This document shows positions 38,001-45,393 of a stretch of DNA of 64,000 nt, piece by piece. Origin of the DNA: a virus; IMG/VR virus record IMGVR_UViG_3300025168_000054, positions 1 through 64,000 of that record. One strand, 5' to 3'. The position numbers and the translations under genes were made by a program. Within the stretch, counting starts at the first letter, position 1; each line of letters starts with the position of its first letter. A model generated the notes under the pieces. The model had not been told where the DNA came from. It saw only the letters and a program-made list of their open reading frames with translations, and made no database searches.

Positions 38001-40667
38001 GGTCTTACCGGACGAGAGTACCGAGCGTTCATGCGCTACGTCACAGGTCAGCAAGGGGCCATGTCTTTGAGCGATATCGAAATGGCGAAGAGCGTCATTA
38101 GCCGCTTCGGTATTTCGGCAGAGTTTGTCACCAACTCACGTCGTCATGGGCAGTATTACCTCCCCAAGCAGGCTCGAGACGCGCTGCGAGACCAGATGTC
38201 GCAGGCAGCACGGCAGTTTGATTACGGCGAGAAGGGTGGGAAGAGCTCCGTCGCAAGAGACGCCTTCGGCATCTACAACTCGTTGCTGTACTCAACGATG
38301 GTGTTTGGGGCAGTTGTAGTCAAGCCGTTCTACCGGCTGGCGTCGTTGATCGACTTGGGTCTCGGTGCTCTGGGTATGGGGGGCGCTCGCGCAGCCACAG
38401 CTGCGGTCACACGAGCAGGCGTAAGTACCTTGCTGGCGTTTGCTTACGAAGGGTTCCCGCTACTGTCTGCGGAACGCGCCGCAGAAGCTGTGGGGCTTGC
38501 CGGAGACGCCGGCCGCGCGGTTGTTCGACGTGTTCGAGGTGACGTAGATTCCGCGAAAACTGTGTTGGATTTCAAGCAGCAGATTCGCGATGTAGCAGCC
38601 GAGTCTGGAGACAACCTTGCTCGTATGATTACCGAGACTTCAGCCAGCGCGAAGTACCGCCCGGAAGTGCGCCCCATCATGGAAGCGCGAGCAGACATGA
38701 TCTTCGTCATCAATGGTCGTCCTTACCGGGCTTCTGACCTTCGGCGCATCTTCGTTCGGTCTGGCCTGTACAACAACATGTTCAAGTCCATCAAGGCCAC
38801 GTACATGGCGGAGGGCGGTTCGCTCACTGAAGTCATGGACCGGGTGAAGCGCAGCGTGAAGGAGAAGTACGGAGATGACGCGGCTAACGTGAAGATGCTC
38901 GACAGCTTCCTCGAAGAAACGACAGACACGAAAAATCCGTTCAACATCATGGGCGGTATCCGCGGAGCCGGTGACATGGCTCTTCGTCACGGCCTTGAGT
39001 CTGCCGACGCGTGGGCAGACCTTGAGCGCACAGGTCTGGCGGTCACATTCATGGAGTTGGGCCACTCACCGCAGACGGCGGCCCGTATGGTCGTTGAGGC
39101 GGTTTACGACTACCGAGGCTCTATGACCTCGGCTGATCGCAGCATGTTCAACAAGGTGACGCGACCGTTCTTTGCTTTCACCAAGAACGCGATTCACCAT
39201 CTCACAAACATGATGAGCTCTCCTCTCGGGCGGTTTTACGCTCGTTCGATGGCGAAGCTGCCGTTCCTTTCAGCTGACGCTGCGACTGCGGTGCTGTACG
39301 AGTTCCTGGTCGGACCTTACGGAATCAACACCTCCGCGATGAACTCAAGCGAGGTCAACGCGTACTACGACATGAGAAACTTCCTCGAGTACGGTCTGGG
39401 CGAGCAGGTTGACCGAAATACTCTGCAGCAGTACCGAGAGATTCTGCCGGATGAGGCAAAGGACATTAGCGACCAAGAGTTGATGGACCACGACTTCGGC
39501 GGATGGACCATCCGCAACGGGTACAACGGCTACGACAACGTGCCGGAAGACGCTCGAGTGTCTGTGCGTGCTTTGATCGCCAGCAGGTCGAAGCTGTACG
39601 CAAAGGGCCGGTACCTGTACGTTGCGAAGGTTCTACAGGACGAAGAACTTCGGGAGGAGTTCGTCAAGCTTGGTGGAGCTATGGCGGTTCAAGATGAGCC
39701 CAGCCGTCGCGGGCAAGCTTCCTATATGTACAACCGCTATCCGACGATTCAGGTTCCTTTTCCGGTGCTGAACGCCAGCGCGCAAGAGGCGATGCGGCTT
39801 GGCCTCAGTGATTCCGTTTACTGGATGCTGCCGGATAACTTCGTCCACTCAGGCATCGCCGAAGCCAGCGCCATGATGGCTACAGCGTTGGTTGTTCTCG
39901 ATGAATCTTTGAATGCAATCCCAGGGGGAAAGCCATTCTTCCCCGACGTCGCGGCAACGCGTGCCCAGCGTGCGGCAGCGCCTTTGATAGACATACGCGG
40001 GTACGGCAGTCCGATTGCTGCCGACATCATCAAGGGCGGCGCCGCGTTGTTCGGTAAAGGCAACTTGTTCGTCGAAGTCGACCCGCTCATCGCACGCGTG
40101 CTGCAGGGGTCAATGATTCCTGTCGCTAACGCCGACGACATCGACGAAGATGACCTGGGTATCTTGCTTCAGCTCGCCCAGTCTGACCCGGAGCTTTACA
40201 ACCAGGCGATCAAAGTCTTCAGCCAGATGATGGGCGGCAGCGTGGGCCGAGAAATACAGTTCCCTGCCTTTGCAGACGAAGTTCGAGCTGCGCGCATGAT
40301 TGTCAAGGACGGTAGGCGAGAAGTCGTGTTTGCCAATCGCGGCGGTGTCTTTGACCGTGAGTTCCTCGAAAAGGGCGCTAAAGACTCAAGCGAGAAAGCC
40401 GTCCGAAAGAAGCCGTTTCTGGTTGGTAAGTCCGCGGTGCTGTTTAAGATCACGCCGCTGGGTCAGCTCAATCAGGCGCTCTTGCAGTACCGTAAGACTC
40501 CTCAGGAAGGTCAGCTCGAAGCACAGAAGGAGCTTCGGTCGGAGATTATCCGCTTCATCACAGCCCAGGGCCGACAGGTCGGTATGCGTACTTCCGGGGC
40601 TGACGAAGAGCGCGTGACAGAAACAATCGAGCGGGCTGCGAACAAGGTCTTCGAAGAGTACAAGTGA
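26082..40667 (+). CDS. Giant (4861 aa) polyvalent ejection protein with N-acetylmuramidase (DUF3380-like) and zincin-like domains
   Basis: AVTKAESTG...AFGEFQVTG...AKEYYG (~27400-28080); LHEMAH...EELFAEGF (36252 on); hydrophobic segments ~28750-29280; C-terminal YDY...RPFF helical region. Confidence 0.8.
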   Translation: MSYLTSLEKRASFPLRPAEQKEEVKVDEVAAPAAPAFTSTVPGTGIRPISDLLPSEGKTPEYSFGDVPTPKENPFDIAFGSREKVAALYSEIVDTTARKRYEAGQLAEKYNFDDQEEEGFFVGLAKEAGETLMGREILPREPSDEKVVLKRTDVDSYMVESPVSVSGRPSPVTGLSQLVLGASAIDPESRPARELKKQGRTAKKIPNAEDIRVNVTNERLRAAFISQAKDKESGAQSYSAYVQRIADNLAKEGKDATFRDAQLFIAGNVIARLPKPAGQGDPGIVVAQRDAVNLVSQYTDPSFTRGLAQTLPMAPLRLGVAGSEKLGDRIDPSRVFDPYVEEDTEMKRSDPLGARARGPMTASEAERAQFLEQRMFFPVDFEYDEDKSLKTSTTAAQTMNDLIVDGSLILGGAEGNFDDMYGERSVTEVYSSKVISGESDQNRLIALAAKAGIPVDKTYAVTKAESTGNPASFAFNLHLGQHNPKDPSNPRNRTAEQEQRLRQLMASEGLKVNFESRAAQNYYGKNARRALDLAAAINPVAAVQGGAFGEFQVTGKYGDALGYVKETFPEVETDEQAAGVFLNMFKQSPGVVGDDMFVRWFQRNPDAQKAANDGDISGLAKEYYGSLSDPEEVGISAAEKARREKQVETRDGWVGRATNASEAYLGGMIDSARKATRPEAQSAETSTDDPPTSLSQQGLLENESVFTSEESREDISQVEEALQLRAVEVETGVSTVMTMFGDMAQAPTPGSSAFIAAVAPIKDAKENDAQLYTVVKDNRDAPMGTGYRNVANFLFERKVNTTLGERSLSDLSAEETKRLKAEARQEAFAVVTSAQTENLWRTSFYTSFDYLLGEEADSVFAAMAPRIEVMGRTKDGFVFRQEGDVLAAAAALDAPAVLGQSFNIGVIGNYLFPAIEAAYTEYEQGNRGAASLAFAVTGETVAAVAGSFGAYIPYSNDIGVEFLNEVHRAGVQGVAERQNFVEVGLSSGADVFGFAAESLLETEMGRETLDMLIASGSLPIPYELTSPGRRHLAVVDMARATGTAVGMLGGLVAAVGVPDATDFLLIPKVMKTGRRAYRLIKDIDLSVDGLEALTETKTFSRAVGSRSEMFLHGEARRTTLAQLAATLEQTSAKDLQGASSDEIATLLQLVDDILDTSRKQDATDGVFRNDLTASVKIEVDLEAESALRLRAETQTPAGEAARYALDKDLSKDVHATIVELIKEASASKDPRRVELAEALGERLKASQLREAVSLSPGQTDAFLSAAEEVVGPKKVFGFTERIEILRDALLLIDPASDGMAIRKKVFSRRVTEDRLSRVANTDTADLPGFVDPTLSKGLDRYGPVTEEALKKSLSTVRLADAKKGEILQARTKLQGWHDRFKAAVADNSILDPQVRSVLLDEFKAEKLGDSNYRVFSNSDRSRQSSYYRGVIKGIEGVAGDATNAAFGQNILARGLQGVLAAADSRGAAYKRFAVALVDKRKLEALDSSMDAEKFLAGGETALRMRRFRYALQSATKEGVMQIMLSNPVMSRLIPEGIRAQYAVSASARMAKRQEMLRQGKSPLDLTNLLKREALTKLSQRLAVATTSGDQAMAAKLTADIDEVKSPQFFARVSQWMDDSITEVKTAAAEGREPNLPGIELPVGIDPAIVNRMDMDPKPLSATRKFFRESYSPAFGFGAVEEVPAGPLTAELRTRRARLSTSEKLANEVVLDHMLRYMAGVDRTDTRVIAERKVTDFLEKRLTVRSIGSYDFESRRVELRTQLDDLSEQIAQRRFGQSVNDLEPRARVQVRSDAFNVIIPLMTDWEASLILARSSEELKEILANARLIGPRLPGEEAGDVILSTLFQDPEFMARLRKTGGATRRRRKAKPAAKAAPETAETTEAPALPAASAVDTAAATDRPARRTRRAAVTIDKEAAPTGQVYVAKVDELDEGVPDSVLEAESAFGNSALLWSSLSDRMGGLLEQSEVLRGSPTLGSASSTVVGQRAVGSIGRQVLGVMVEGLQGLKAEDSSDFFVKFAEALKSTSRFDEPIRLAVTNNPEVVVTLAEVFSKQARGNLTQADVTAVENLLRKAGVLSSELSAQDLLKVNGEETKAALAADTVARADEFVPSPAATKATLPEEVARSSALEEAVENIAKATGSDEIRRLLTDLKDSDHGRNIEAVLRAIDMIGPERLKNISLVIEPAEGQSAAKRMFDFTNETIRVYDDALESGEFTPEVLSQLWQSLTRYVPDAEVKALKDEWLKERDAFMRANPDRFGRDMTPIGDFVPDEMTLLSFDQWIANAARNVVLAEINPKITNNPVLQAFVDTVSALVEQFKLRGKKVGAMALEFLNKGSQKYQEMVRDGSVDTAIRRATPEQYFGEQLKWQAFLDNPDARKPSVKAVGEMEAIDELIDGAAETTVKTVETFLAERFGKRAILTEEGFSLLKAEAVKDDVSRVLFSGVAARLQELGVSALDAEGKPLSPFQMTELFKEVRRGLVEEAADAAKQEGGENFKKVQRLGELESELAKLRAAGETETPRVIKLSEDINELDADLRATAESAGESTSPFQRMLETKTQSERKVLAQSILDSVVAVIAKIDESPGPMTLDELLEGVEDQSVINEVRHLLGVAGKRGDLLSQVRDDGRLLLARAPGRVVLPEEDLYVQTLRAEAEGRAYEADELADEVDKILGLRPDIARDEARKLASGYLEELRQAAATARRQRLERGAIDASMLDELLLNEASSLAADAARTGLRADLDVQIDEIVAAVPDAGTVPFNTTRKVSDDFDIVSFESNPGVEQAAFALSNASSLRKSPPKSIKKGANESAEAFAARSKQLMATNRSAAITLVIDMFEGLRPYIALPAEIVVKRNKVDKTIYLKDVLPGQDFSKLRVLDTKAFLKKYTELIEEALKEQGLLEEVKSLSSAMQKSEFDDAVARARKQKSVEAEPVVEPAAVEPAAARTATDDRFVLKAREMFDDGKTPRAAESVREAIEKNAGSGAAKAFGDEYKSLRDAAVQARVRQDAAEATTGAAEPKATPSPTVASPTTTRSLPKAGEKHTPPTPAEARAETAAAPRNERGVSLGNPAPSRDDLPKIETVVKPYREMGKQSPETLAEHASARGIDLADHSTPESLANAVGQADVKSARVAQAVSGDAPPAAAKAAPPEAFAAAADITAAEAKTVNAIDAMVDALAPENADKVAKRVARLQKLIDKSEEIEALSAKQVVDYVFDDLDVGARETLANSGAIDDIVKDLTRIFNQNVADVKRESRRLRRTFESLQKLAKKLEGKDRERALRAAARAERQATSMEEALRELLRSDRLDEFADLLETERAAGKVRRKAEKQAREEAIISFISRGAPPRPPGTPKTPRNRGVDKVPKNVKGMVYFLDDSQAIIYAFKSADAETGLHEMAHVLRRNLRDADLQVSLGWVNSQLEARGMEKVRLAYGVDSRTGNFIGRGDSVHYAEELFAEGFEQYMREGVAPTKMLENVFKIMKELLHNIFVSAKRQPEKIEISPEMYAVFDRVFGAKQTFTMDDMPDAMMFLNVQDDLGRSVVGLGGRLETDLILEDTVTGRFRQLEMSLDDYRRRMGKSGEAGIVGKVASKLPTPKAAVGGLGLGSRTSQYLDPVSSRVLSAEDRMLLNRFRRGEIERSDLPNRLLPEIEKGLRVTGEAAVLVGSLTLKAARLMYGDDASRVIRTYNPAQRVHMKAGAREGEEFSNGASVLINDISRRMGASAERALNDIISYFSGQSAQLLTGSERGKRLNATNVDIFEHVSRMFHDMLWRMDPEARVALIQAAENRLSKPLHATTQDDILPLSGLWNGYVVRNRATPEKSALSFSGEGILLSNDYIDVVKPGLAKGGSIEIDSFLQDTLGDLYVAVTGQPLSKGTKVPPTALDMAALLVLHSGGSMLKASDGSAVHLDQVLKAAGVSRGEALIKGVTAEVNGSTVKVPGLMTTSVAVERRLPVLMSLGHAGFASGMLDDAAKWGFGLTGREYRAFMRYVTGQQGAMSLSDIEMAKSVISRFGISAEFVTNSRRHGQYYLPKQARDALRDQMSQAARQFDYGEKGGKSSVARDAFGIYNSLLYSTMVFGAVVVKPFYRLASLIDLGLGALGMGGARAATAAVTRAGVSTLLAFAYEGFPLLSAERAAEAVGLAGDAGRAVVRRVRGDVDSAKTVLDFKQQIRDVAAESGDNLARMITETSASAKYRPEVRPIMEARADMIFVINGRPYRASDLRRIFVRSGLYNNMFKSIKATYMAEGGSLTEVMDRVKRSVKEKYGDDAANVKMLDSFLEETTDTKNPFNIMGGIRGAGDMALRHGLESADAWADLERTGLAVTFMELGHSPQTAARMVVEAVYDYRGSMTSADRSMFNKVTRPFFAFTKNAIHHLTNMMSSPLGRFYARSMAKLPFLSADAATAVLYEFLVGPYGINTSAMNSSEVNAYYDMRNFLEYGLGEQVDRNTLQQYREILPDEAKDISDQELMDHDFGGWTIRNGYNGYDNVPEDARVSVRALIASRSKLYAKGRYLYVAKVLQDEELREEFVKLGGAMAVQDEPSRRGQASYMYNRYPTIQVPFPVLNASAQEAMRLGLSDSVYWMLPDNFVHSGIAEASAMMATALVVLDESLNAIPGGKPFFPDVAATRAQRAAAPLIDIRGYGSPIAADIIKGGAALFGKGNLFVEVDPLIARVLQGSMIPVANADDIDEDDLGILLQLAQSDPELYNQAIKVFSQMMGGSVGREIQFPAFADEVRAARMIVKDGRREVVFANRGGVFDREFLEKGAKDSSEKAVRKKPFLVGKSAVLFKITPLGQLNQALLQYRKTPQEGQLEAQKELRSEIIRFITAQGRQVGMRTSGADEERVTETIERAANKVFEEYK

Positions 40668-40691
40668 TACACTCCCGACAAGGAGACTCCT

Positions 40692-41141
40692 ATGTCTGAC
40701 TACAACTACGGCGGATGGGGCCACTACGGCTTTGCCGCGAACGACAACGGCACGATCACTGCCGCATACACCGCGCTGTCGCTCGGACAGGTCGCAGGCA
40801 TTTCGCGGTCTCAAGGTGTTCCTGACGACGCGCATCTGTACGACATCGTGTTCGAACTCACCAGCATGGTGACAGGTGCCGGGGCTCCAGGGAACATCTC
40901 GTTCTACCTGGCGCGTGACGCCGCAGGGACAAAGCCGCTTACGCCGCTTCTTACCGCACCTATCGTCACGGCGCTCGGGGCAAACGTAGCGACTGGCGGC
41001 GCTCACGCGAAGATCTCAGTCGACTTCCACAGCACCAGCGGTGTCGGCCCTACGGCCTACAACACGCTGCAGCTCATTGTTCGTCACGACGGCTCAGCTG
41101 ACAACGTCACCGCCGACATCTTCCTCAGCTGGCGCTCCTGA
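40692..41141 (+). CDS. Small all-beta virion protein, paralog of 2647-3072
   Basis: AAGGAG RBS, promoter-like motif at 40663; collinear similarity. Confidence 0.6.
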   Translation: MSDYNYGGWGHYGFAANDNGTITAAYTALSLGQVAGISRSQGVPDDAHLYDIVFELTSMVTGAGAPGNISFYLARDAAGTKPLTPLLTAPIVTALGANVATGGAHAKISVDFHSTSGVGPTAYNTLQLIVRHDGSADNVTADIFLSWRS

Positions 41142-41142
41142 G

Positions 41143-43296
41143 TCAGTCCTCGCCCTGGGCGAGAGCTGACCAGGAAGAGTCGCTGTAGGTGACCTGTTCG
41201 TCAATGAGATCCAGCTGGGCATCCGCGACGTCCGCTGTCTCGATGTCCGGGCGTTCAGCCGTCATGAGCTCCTCGTAAACATCGCGACGAAGGCAGACGC
41301 ATGGAGACGGAATGCCGTCGATGCGTTTGCTTCGCGTGACCCCTCGGGTCGTGACGTTCAGCCAGTCGCGCGCGCCCCAGCGAGGAACAACCTCGTCGAA
41401 CGTATAGCCGTATCTGTCCAGAATCCCTTGAAGAGCGTGCGGTTCGATGCAGATTTCGTCCCACTCGGGCTTGCCGTCGTCCCACCGCCCAGCCCAACCG
41501 TTGCCAGGAGTACCATTCTCCAGAGCAGCGCGACTTCCCCAGAAGCGGTGACGGTTCATCGTCGCCCACGAAGCGGCAGCCACGAAGGCGTCGCGAGCAC
41601 GGTCGGCGTCGTTGGCTCCGTCACGGACAGCCTGAATGAGGAACTCGATGGGGTCACGCGTCGGGGTCGGAACCCCCAGTGTTTCGCAGACTGCTTGCGC
41701 CAGGTCGAGACTGGCGACGTAGGCTGCGAGACGACCACCGACCGCGGTGTTGGTGATGCCGGCGTAACTGTCCCGCCGGGCCTCAAAGGCGGCACGAAAG
41801 TCTGGCCACGAGTCCTTGTGGTAGACGAGGTACTTGACCACGCGGCGGCCCAGGTGACCATAGTGGACGTACAGTCGCCCTCTGACCGTGTCTGCCACCA
41901 CTCGGGCAGTCTGGGCAGGGCCAGAGATTGGCGCTCCTTGCAGGGCCAGTACGCGGGCACGGATGCCGCCGTCCTGGGTGAACGAGGTCAAACGCTGCTC
42001 TCCGGTCGAGAGCAGCACGGTATTCCACGAGTTGACCTTGTCGATTCCCTGCAGCGTGCCTCTTCCTCGGCCCTTGCCTGAGCAGAAGTCGTAGAGAACG
42101 TCAGCCACATGCTGCTTGTTTTTGACTCGCTTGGTCTCGTCGAGGATGAGCGGGATGCTGTGGAGGAAGCCTGCCGCACGTTCGACCCACACCTTTGTGC
42201 TGTCCCACGAGTAGATGTAGCCTTCGTCGTCATCGTCAGCCGGGTAGCCCCACACTGACGCTGCGACGCGCAAGCTCGTGGTCTTTCCGCTGGAGGTCTC
42301 GTTTGACCAGTCAACAGCGTAGTTCTGGCAGCGCACGATGCGCTGCAGTACCGACGCGACTGACGCGTAGATGGAGAGCATCGCCAGTGGGTGGTCGCGG
42401 AGGAGCTCGACCACTTCGAGCCACCCTTCCCACGAGCCGCCGGTTCTAAGCGACTTCATGATGGGCTCCATCCCTTCCTTAGGGAACAGCTTGAGTTCCA
42501 TGTGCTTGTCGAGCTTGATGTGACCGTCGGGCAGAAGAAAGGACCCATCGCGCTGCCAGCCCAACCGGCTTGCGCCGTTGGTCAGGGGCACCTTGTGCTG
42601 GTTGATGTCTTCGTACGCGGTCAACCACCGCACGGTATCGGCTGCGGTGATGGACGTGACCGGGGCTCCGTAGTCGATGAGCGACACGATCTTCCGAGTA
42701 TCGAACAAGACGGACCGTTCGACGGTGTGAGTCCGCCACTTCGGCCGACCCTTCCCTGGTCCAGGGGGCTCGACCCACGCCACCTCGATCTGCATGTGAC
42801 CCGTCTCGGCGTCACGCCCACGCTGGGTGATGATGATGGGGGCGGTAGCAATCTTCTCGCGGGTCACCGTTCCTTCGTCGAAGTTCGCCTGCAAGGTGTA
42901 GACGCCGCCCAGGTCGACGTCGAAACCTGTGGGGATGAGAAGGGAGGGGAACCCTTCGACCAAGTAGTCGGGCAGATTCTCGTTCAAGGTGTTCGTCACG
43001 CCCAGCTGCTGCAGTACGTTCTGCTGCTGCTGCTGCCGGGCTCGACGCTGCGCACGCTTGATCGTCTGGGTCAGTTCACGCGTTCTCGCTCCCATCCCTC
43101 GGACTGAGCCAAGGTGTGTGAGCAGCGTTTCAAACTGAAACTCGTGCTCGCCCCAAGCGTTGGCGAACTGCTCGACGCGAGCCAGCGAGAAGAAGGCTGT
43201 AAAGGCGGGCGCGCGGTCAGCAGACTCCATCGCCTGTACGGACTCGACAAACTCATTCAGCTCAGCAACAAGATCAACACTTTCACTGTCGGACAT
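41143..43296 (-). CDS. DUF927-family replicative helicase/ATPase
   Basis: SRLGW...FLLP, GSWEGW, P-loop SSGKTT, PLILDE, GKGRGRG, W.TVLLSTGE, G.RARV, HYGHLG. Confidence 0.85.
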   Translation of the reverse strand: MSDSESVDLVAELNEFVESVQAMESADRAPAFTAFFSLARVEQFANAWGEHEFQFETLLTHLGSVRGMGARTRELTQTIKRAQRRARQQQQQNVLQQLGVTNTLNENLPDYLVEGFPSLLIPTGFDVDLGGVYTLQANFDEGTVTREKIATAPIIITQRGRDAETGHMQIEVAWVEPPGPGKGRPKWRTHTVERSVLFDTRKIVSLIDYGAPVTSITAADTVRWLTAYEDINQHKVPLTNGASRLGWQRDGSFLLPDGHIKLDKHMELKLFPKEGMEPIMKSLRTGGSWEGWLEVVELLRDHPLAMLSIYASVASVLQRIVRCQNYAVDWSNETSSGKTTSLRVAASVWGYPADDDDEGYIYSWDSTKVWVERAAGFLHSIPLILDETKRVKNKQHVADVLYDFCSGKGRGRGTLQGIDKVNSWNTVLLSTGEQRLTSFTQDGGIRARVLALQGAPISGPAQTARVVADTVRGRLYVHYGHLGRRVVKYLVYHKDSWPDFRAAFEARRDSYAGITNTAVGGRLAAYVASLDLAQAVCETLGVPTPTRDPIEFLIQAVRDGANDADRARDAFVAAASWATMNRHRFWGSRAALENGTPGNGWAGRWDDGKPEWDEICIEPHALQGILDRYGYTFDEVVPRWGARDWLNVTTRGVTRSKRIDGIPSPCVCLRRDVYEELMTAERPDIETADVADAQLDLIDEQVTYSDSSWSALAQGED

Positions 43297-43323
43297 CCGT
43301 GCTCCTTATTGGTTGACCGTTGA

Positions 43324-45393
43324 CTACTGAGGTCCCAGAGGAACCAGGTAGTTTGCGACGGTGGTGGCAAGGTCATCCGGCGACGTGCCATCCTCGACTA
43401 CGAGGACAGGATGCGCAAGACGAAGTACCTGGAGAGTCATCTCAATCCCGTTCTCGGTGATGAACAACGCCACGTGACGCTTGAGAGAGCGGAACTTTCC
43501 GCCGCGAGCACGACCACTGGAAGCGTCGTAGCGCTCGCGCAGAGCTTCCGGCAACTCGGGCAGCGACGGCGTCACCTGAACGGCTTCCGGTGCCGCCTGT
43601 GGGGGGAGTGACGGCGCGACCATACGGGCCTTCGCGGGAGGCGGGGCGCCGCCCAGGTTGATAACCGTCCAGCCCGCGTGGTCTTCCTTGGCAGGCATGA
43701 CCGTCGAAGTCAGCATCACCATCTGCGGGACCTCACGAAGAGCTTGCATCATGCTGCCCAGCGTGGATGGATCCCATCCCCGGTCTTCCGGGGCAAGCAC
43801 CGACAACGGGGTCGGCAGCATCTCATCCAACACGGCACACATGGCGACGAGCACAGACACGCGCTGCGCTTCCGACAGACCCACCTTCAGGTAGCGGGCA
43901 TCTTCGTCACCATCGAACAAGCCGTAGTAGAAAACGTCACGTCCGCTGTCCGTCACCATGACGCCGAACTCCCACCCATCGGGCAGGTAGCCGCTGACAC
44001 GCTGACAGAATCCGTCGACCCGGTCTTCAAGCAGCTTCGCGACAGCCTTCTGAGACAACCTCTTGAAGTTAGAGAACTTTTCCGCCAAGGCGTAGTTGGT
44101 ATCGACCAAGTTCTTGGCTGCGGTCAACTGATGCCACTTGGTTGCGGATTCGTTGAGAGCTTCGAGCTTGGCCTGCGCCTGGGCGAGCGCTGTACGAGTG
44201 TCATCGACAGACACCGCACTGCGGCTGTCCATTGTTGCGGGTAGTCCTTCGAGGTCAGACTCATGCCGCAGAATCTGGGCGCGAGCACCTGACAGAGCTT
44301 CCTTGTCCCGCTGGCGAGACGCCCGGAGCTCTTGCAGCTTCTTGGTCTGAGCGCCCAGGTCCTTGACCTTGTCGGCGTAGAAGTCGTGGCACGCTCGGAG
44401 ATGAGCGTTGCCGACCGGCGAGGAGCAGATGGGACAGCCGTCAGCATCCTCATCCAGAGCCCACGCCAGAGCATGTACAGCCCCTACGCTGCCCTTGTAC
44501 TCAAGGGTCTCACTCTGTTCAAGGTTGCGGATGTTGGCGTCGGCGACGACAACTTCCGCCAAGAGACGCTGTTCTTCTGCGCGCAGTTTGCCAAGCAGAT
44601 CATGCAGCAGCTTCCGCTTGTCAGCCACGCCCGAAGCACCCGCTTCACGAAGGTTCTCTTCATGCAGTGCTTGGGCCTCTTTCACTGCGTCACGAGCAGC
44701 GAGCACGGCCTCGCTTCGAGGCTTCGCGCCTACCTCCGACAAGAGCTTGTCGCGCAGCGAGGTCTGAGCCTTGGCGTCCGACCGCAGCTTGCGCGCCTGC
44801 TTGTCGGCAGCGCTGACTGCTTGCATGAGCTTGTCGACGGGAGCCATGTCATCGCAACCGACTGTGAGCTCAGAGAACATGTCGACGTCGGCGCCGAGAG
44901 CCGTCAAGACGACACCGTCATCGAGGTCAGAACAGACCCACGTAAGGAATCGTTCCCGCGCTTTCTTCGCAGACCCGGTCAGGACCTCGCGGACTTCGCG
45001 GAGGGGGAAGTGCGGGCTGTGTTCTTTGCTCGTGTGGGGAATGATCCAACGAGGGCGAATGTGGATCGGCGTCTTGATCCTTCCTTCGTCCCGCTTAGTC
45101 TCCCACTGGCAGTGCTCTCCGTTGCTCAGATTGACCCGAGCGAAGACGACGCTGCCATCGTGACCATGTTGGTGTGCCAAGCTCATCAGCAACGCGGGGT
45201 CGCTGGTGATCGCACGGCCTGCGACTTCTTCGGCCGCTCCGCTGACAGCGAGGGCGACCGCCTGCACGACCGCACTCTTGCCGATACCGTTGGGTCCGAC
45301 CACGAGGGTCTTCTTGGATAGGTCGTAGCTTCGAGGGTTGCCGTCAGGCGACTTGATATTGAACGAAACGCTTGTGATCTCAGGCGTACTCAT
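43324..45393 (-). CDS. Rad50/SbcC/SMC-like ATPase with zinc hook
   Basis: Start reassigned to ATG 45393 (ATGA overlap); Walker A GPNGIGKS, coiled coils around CPIC, LSEAQR signature-like motif. Confidence 0.8.
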   Translation of the reverse strand: MSTPEITSVSFNIKSPDGNPRSYDLSKKTLVVGPNGIGKSAVVQAVALAVSGAAEEVAGRAITSDPALLMSLAHQHGHDGSVVFARVNLSNGEHCQWETKRDEGRIKTPIHIRPRWIIPHTSKEHSPHFPLREVREVLTGSAKKARERFLTWVCSDLDDGVVLTALGADVDMFSELTVGCDDMAPVDKLMQAVSAADKQARKLRSDAKAQTSLRDKLLSEVGAKPRSEAVLAARDAVKEAQALHEENLREAGASGVADKRKLLHDLLGKLRAEEQRLLAEVVVADANIRNLEQSETLEYKGSVGAVHALAWALDEDADGCPICSSPVGNAHLRACHDFYADKVKDLGAQTKKLQELRASRQRDKEALSGARAQILRHESDLEGLPATMDSRSAVSVDDTRTALAQAQAKLEALNESATKWHQLTAAKNLVDTNYALAEKFSNFKRLSQKAVAKLLEDRVDGFCQRVSGYLPDGWEFGVMVTDSGRDVFYYGLFDGDEDARYLKVGLSEAQRVSVLVAMCAVLDEMLPTPLSVLAPEDRGWDPSTLGSMMQALREVPQMVMLTSTVMPAKEDHAGWTVINLGGAPPPAKARMVAPSLPPQAAPEAVQVTPSLPELPEALRERYDASSGRARGGKFRSLKRHVALFITENGIEMTLQVLRLAHPVLVVEDGTSPDDLATTVANYLVPLGPQ

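Noticed and set aside
40120-40160. NADDIDEDD in the giant protein as an RNA polymerase NADFDGD motif (virion RNAP)
   Set aside because: Spacing and residues do not match DxDGD; no other RNAP motif recognised
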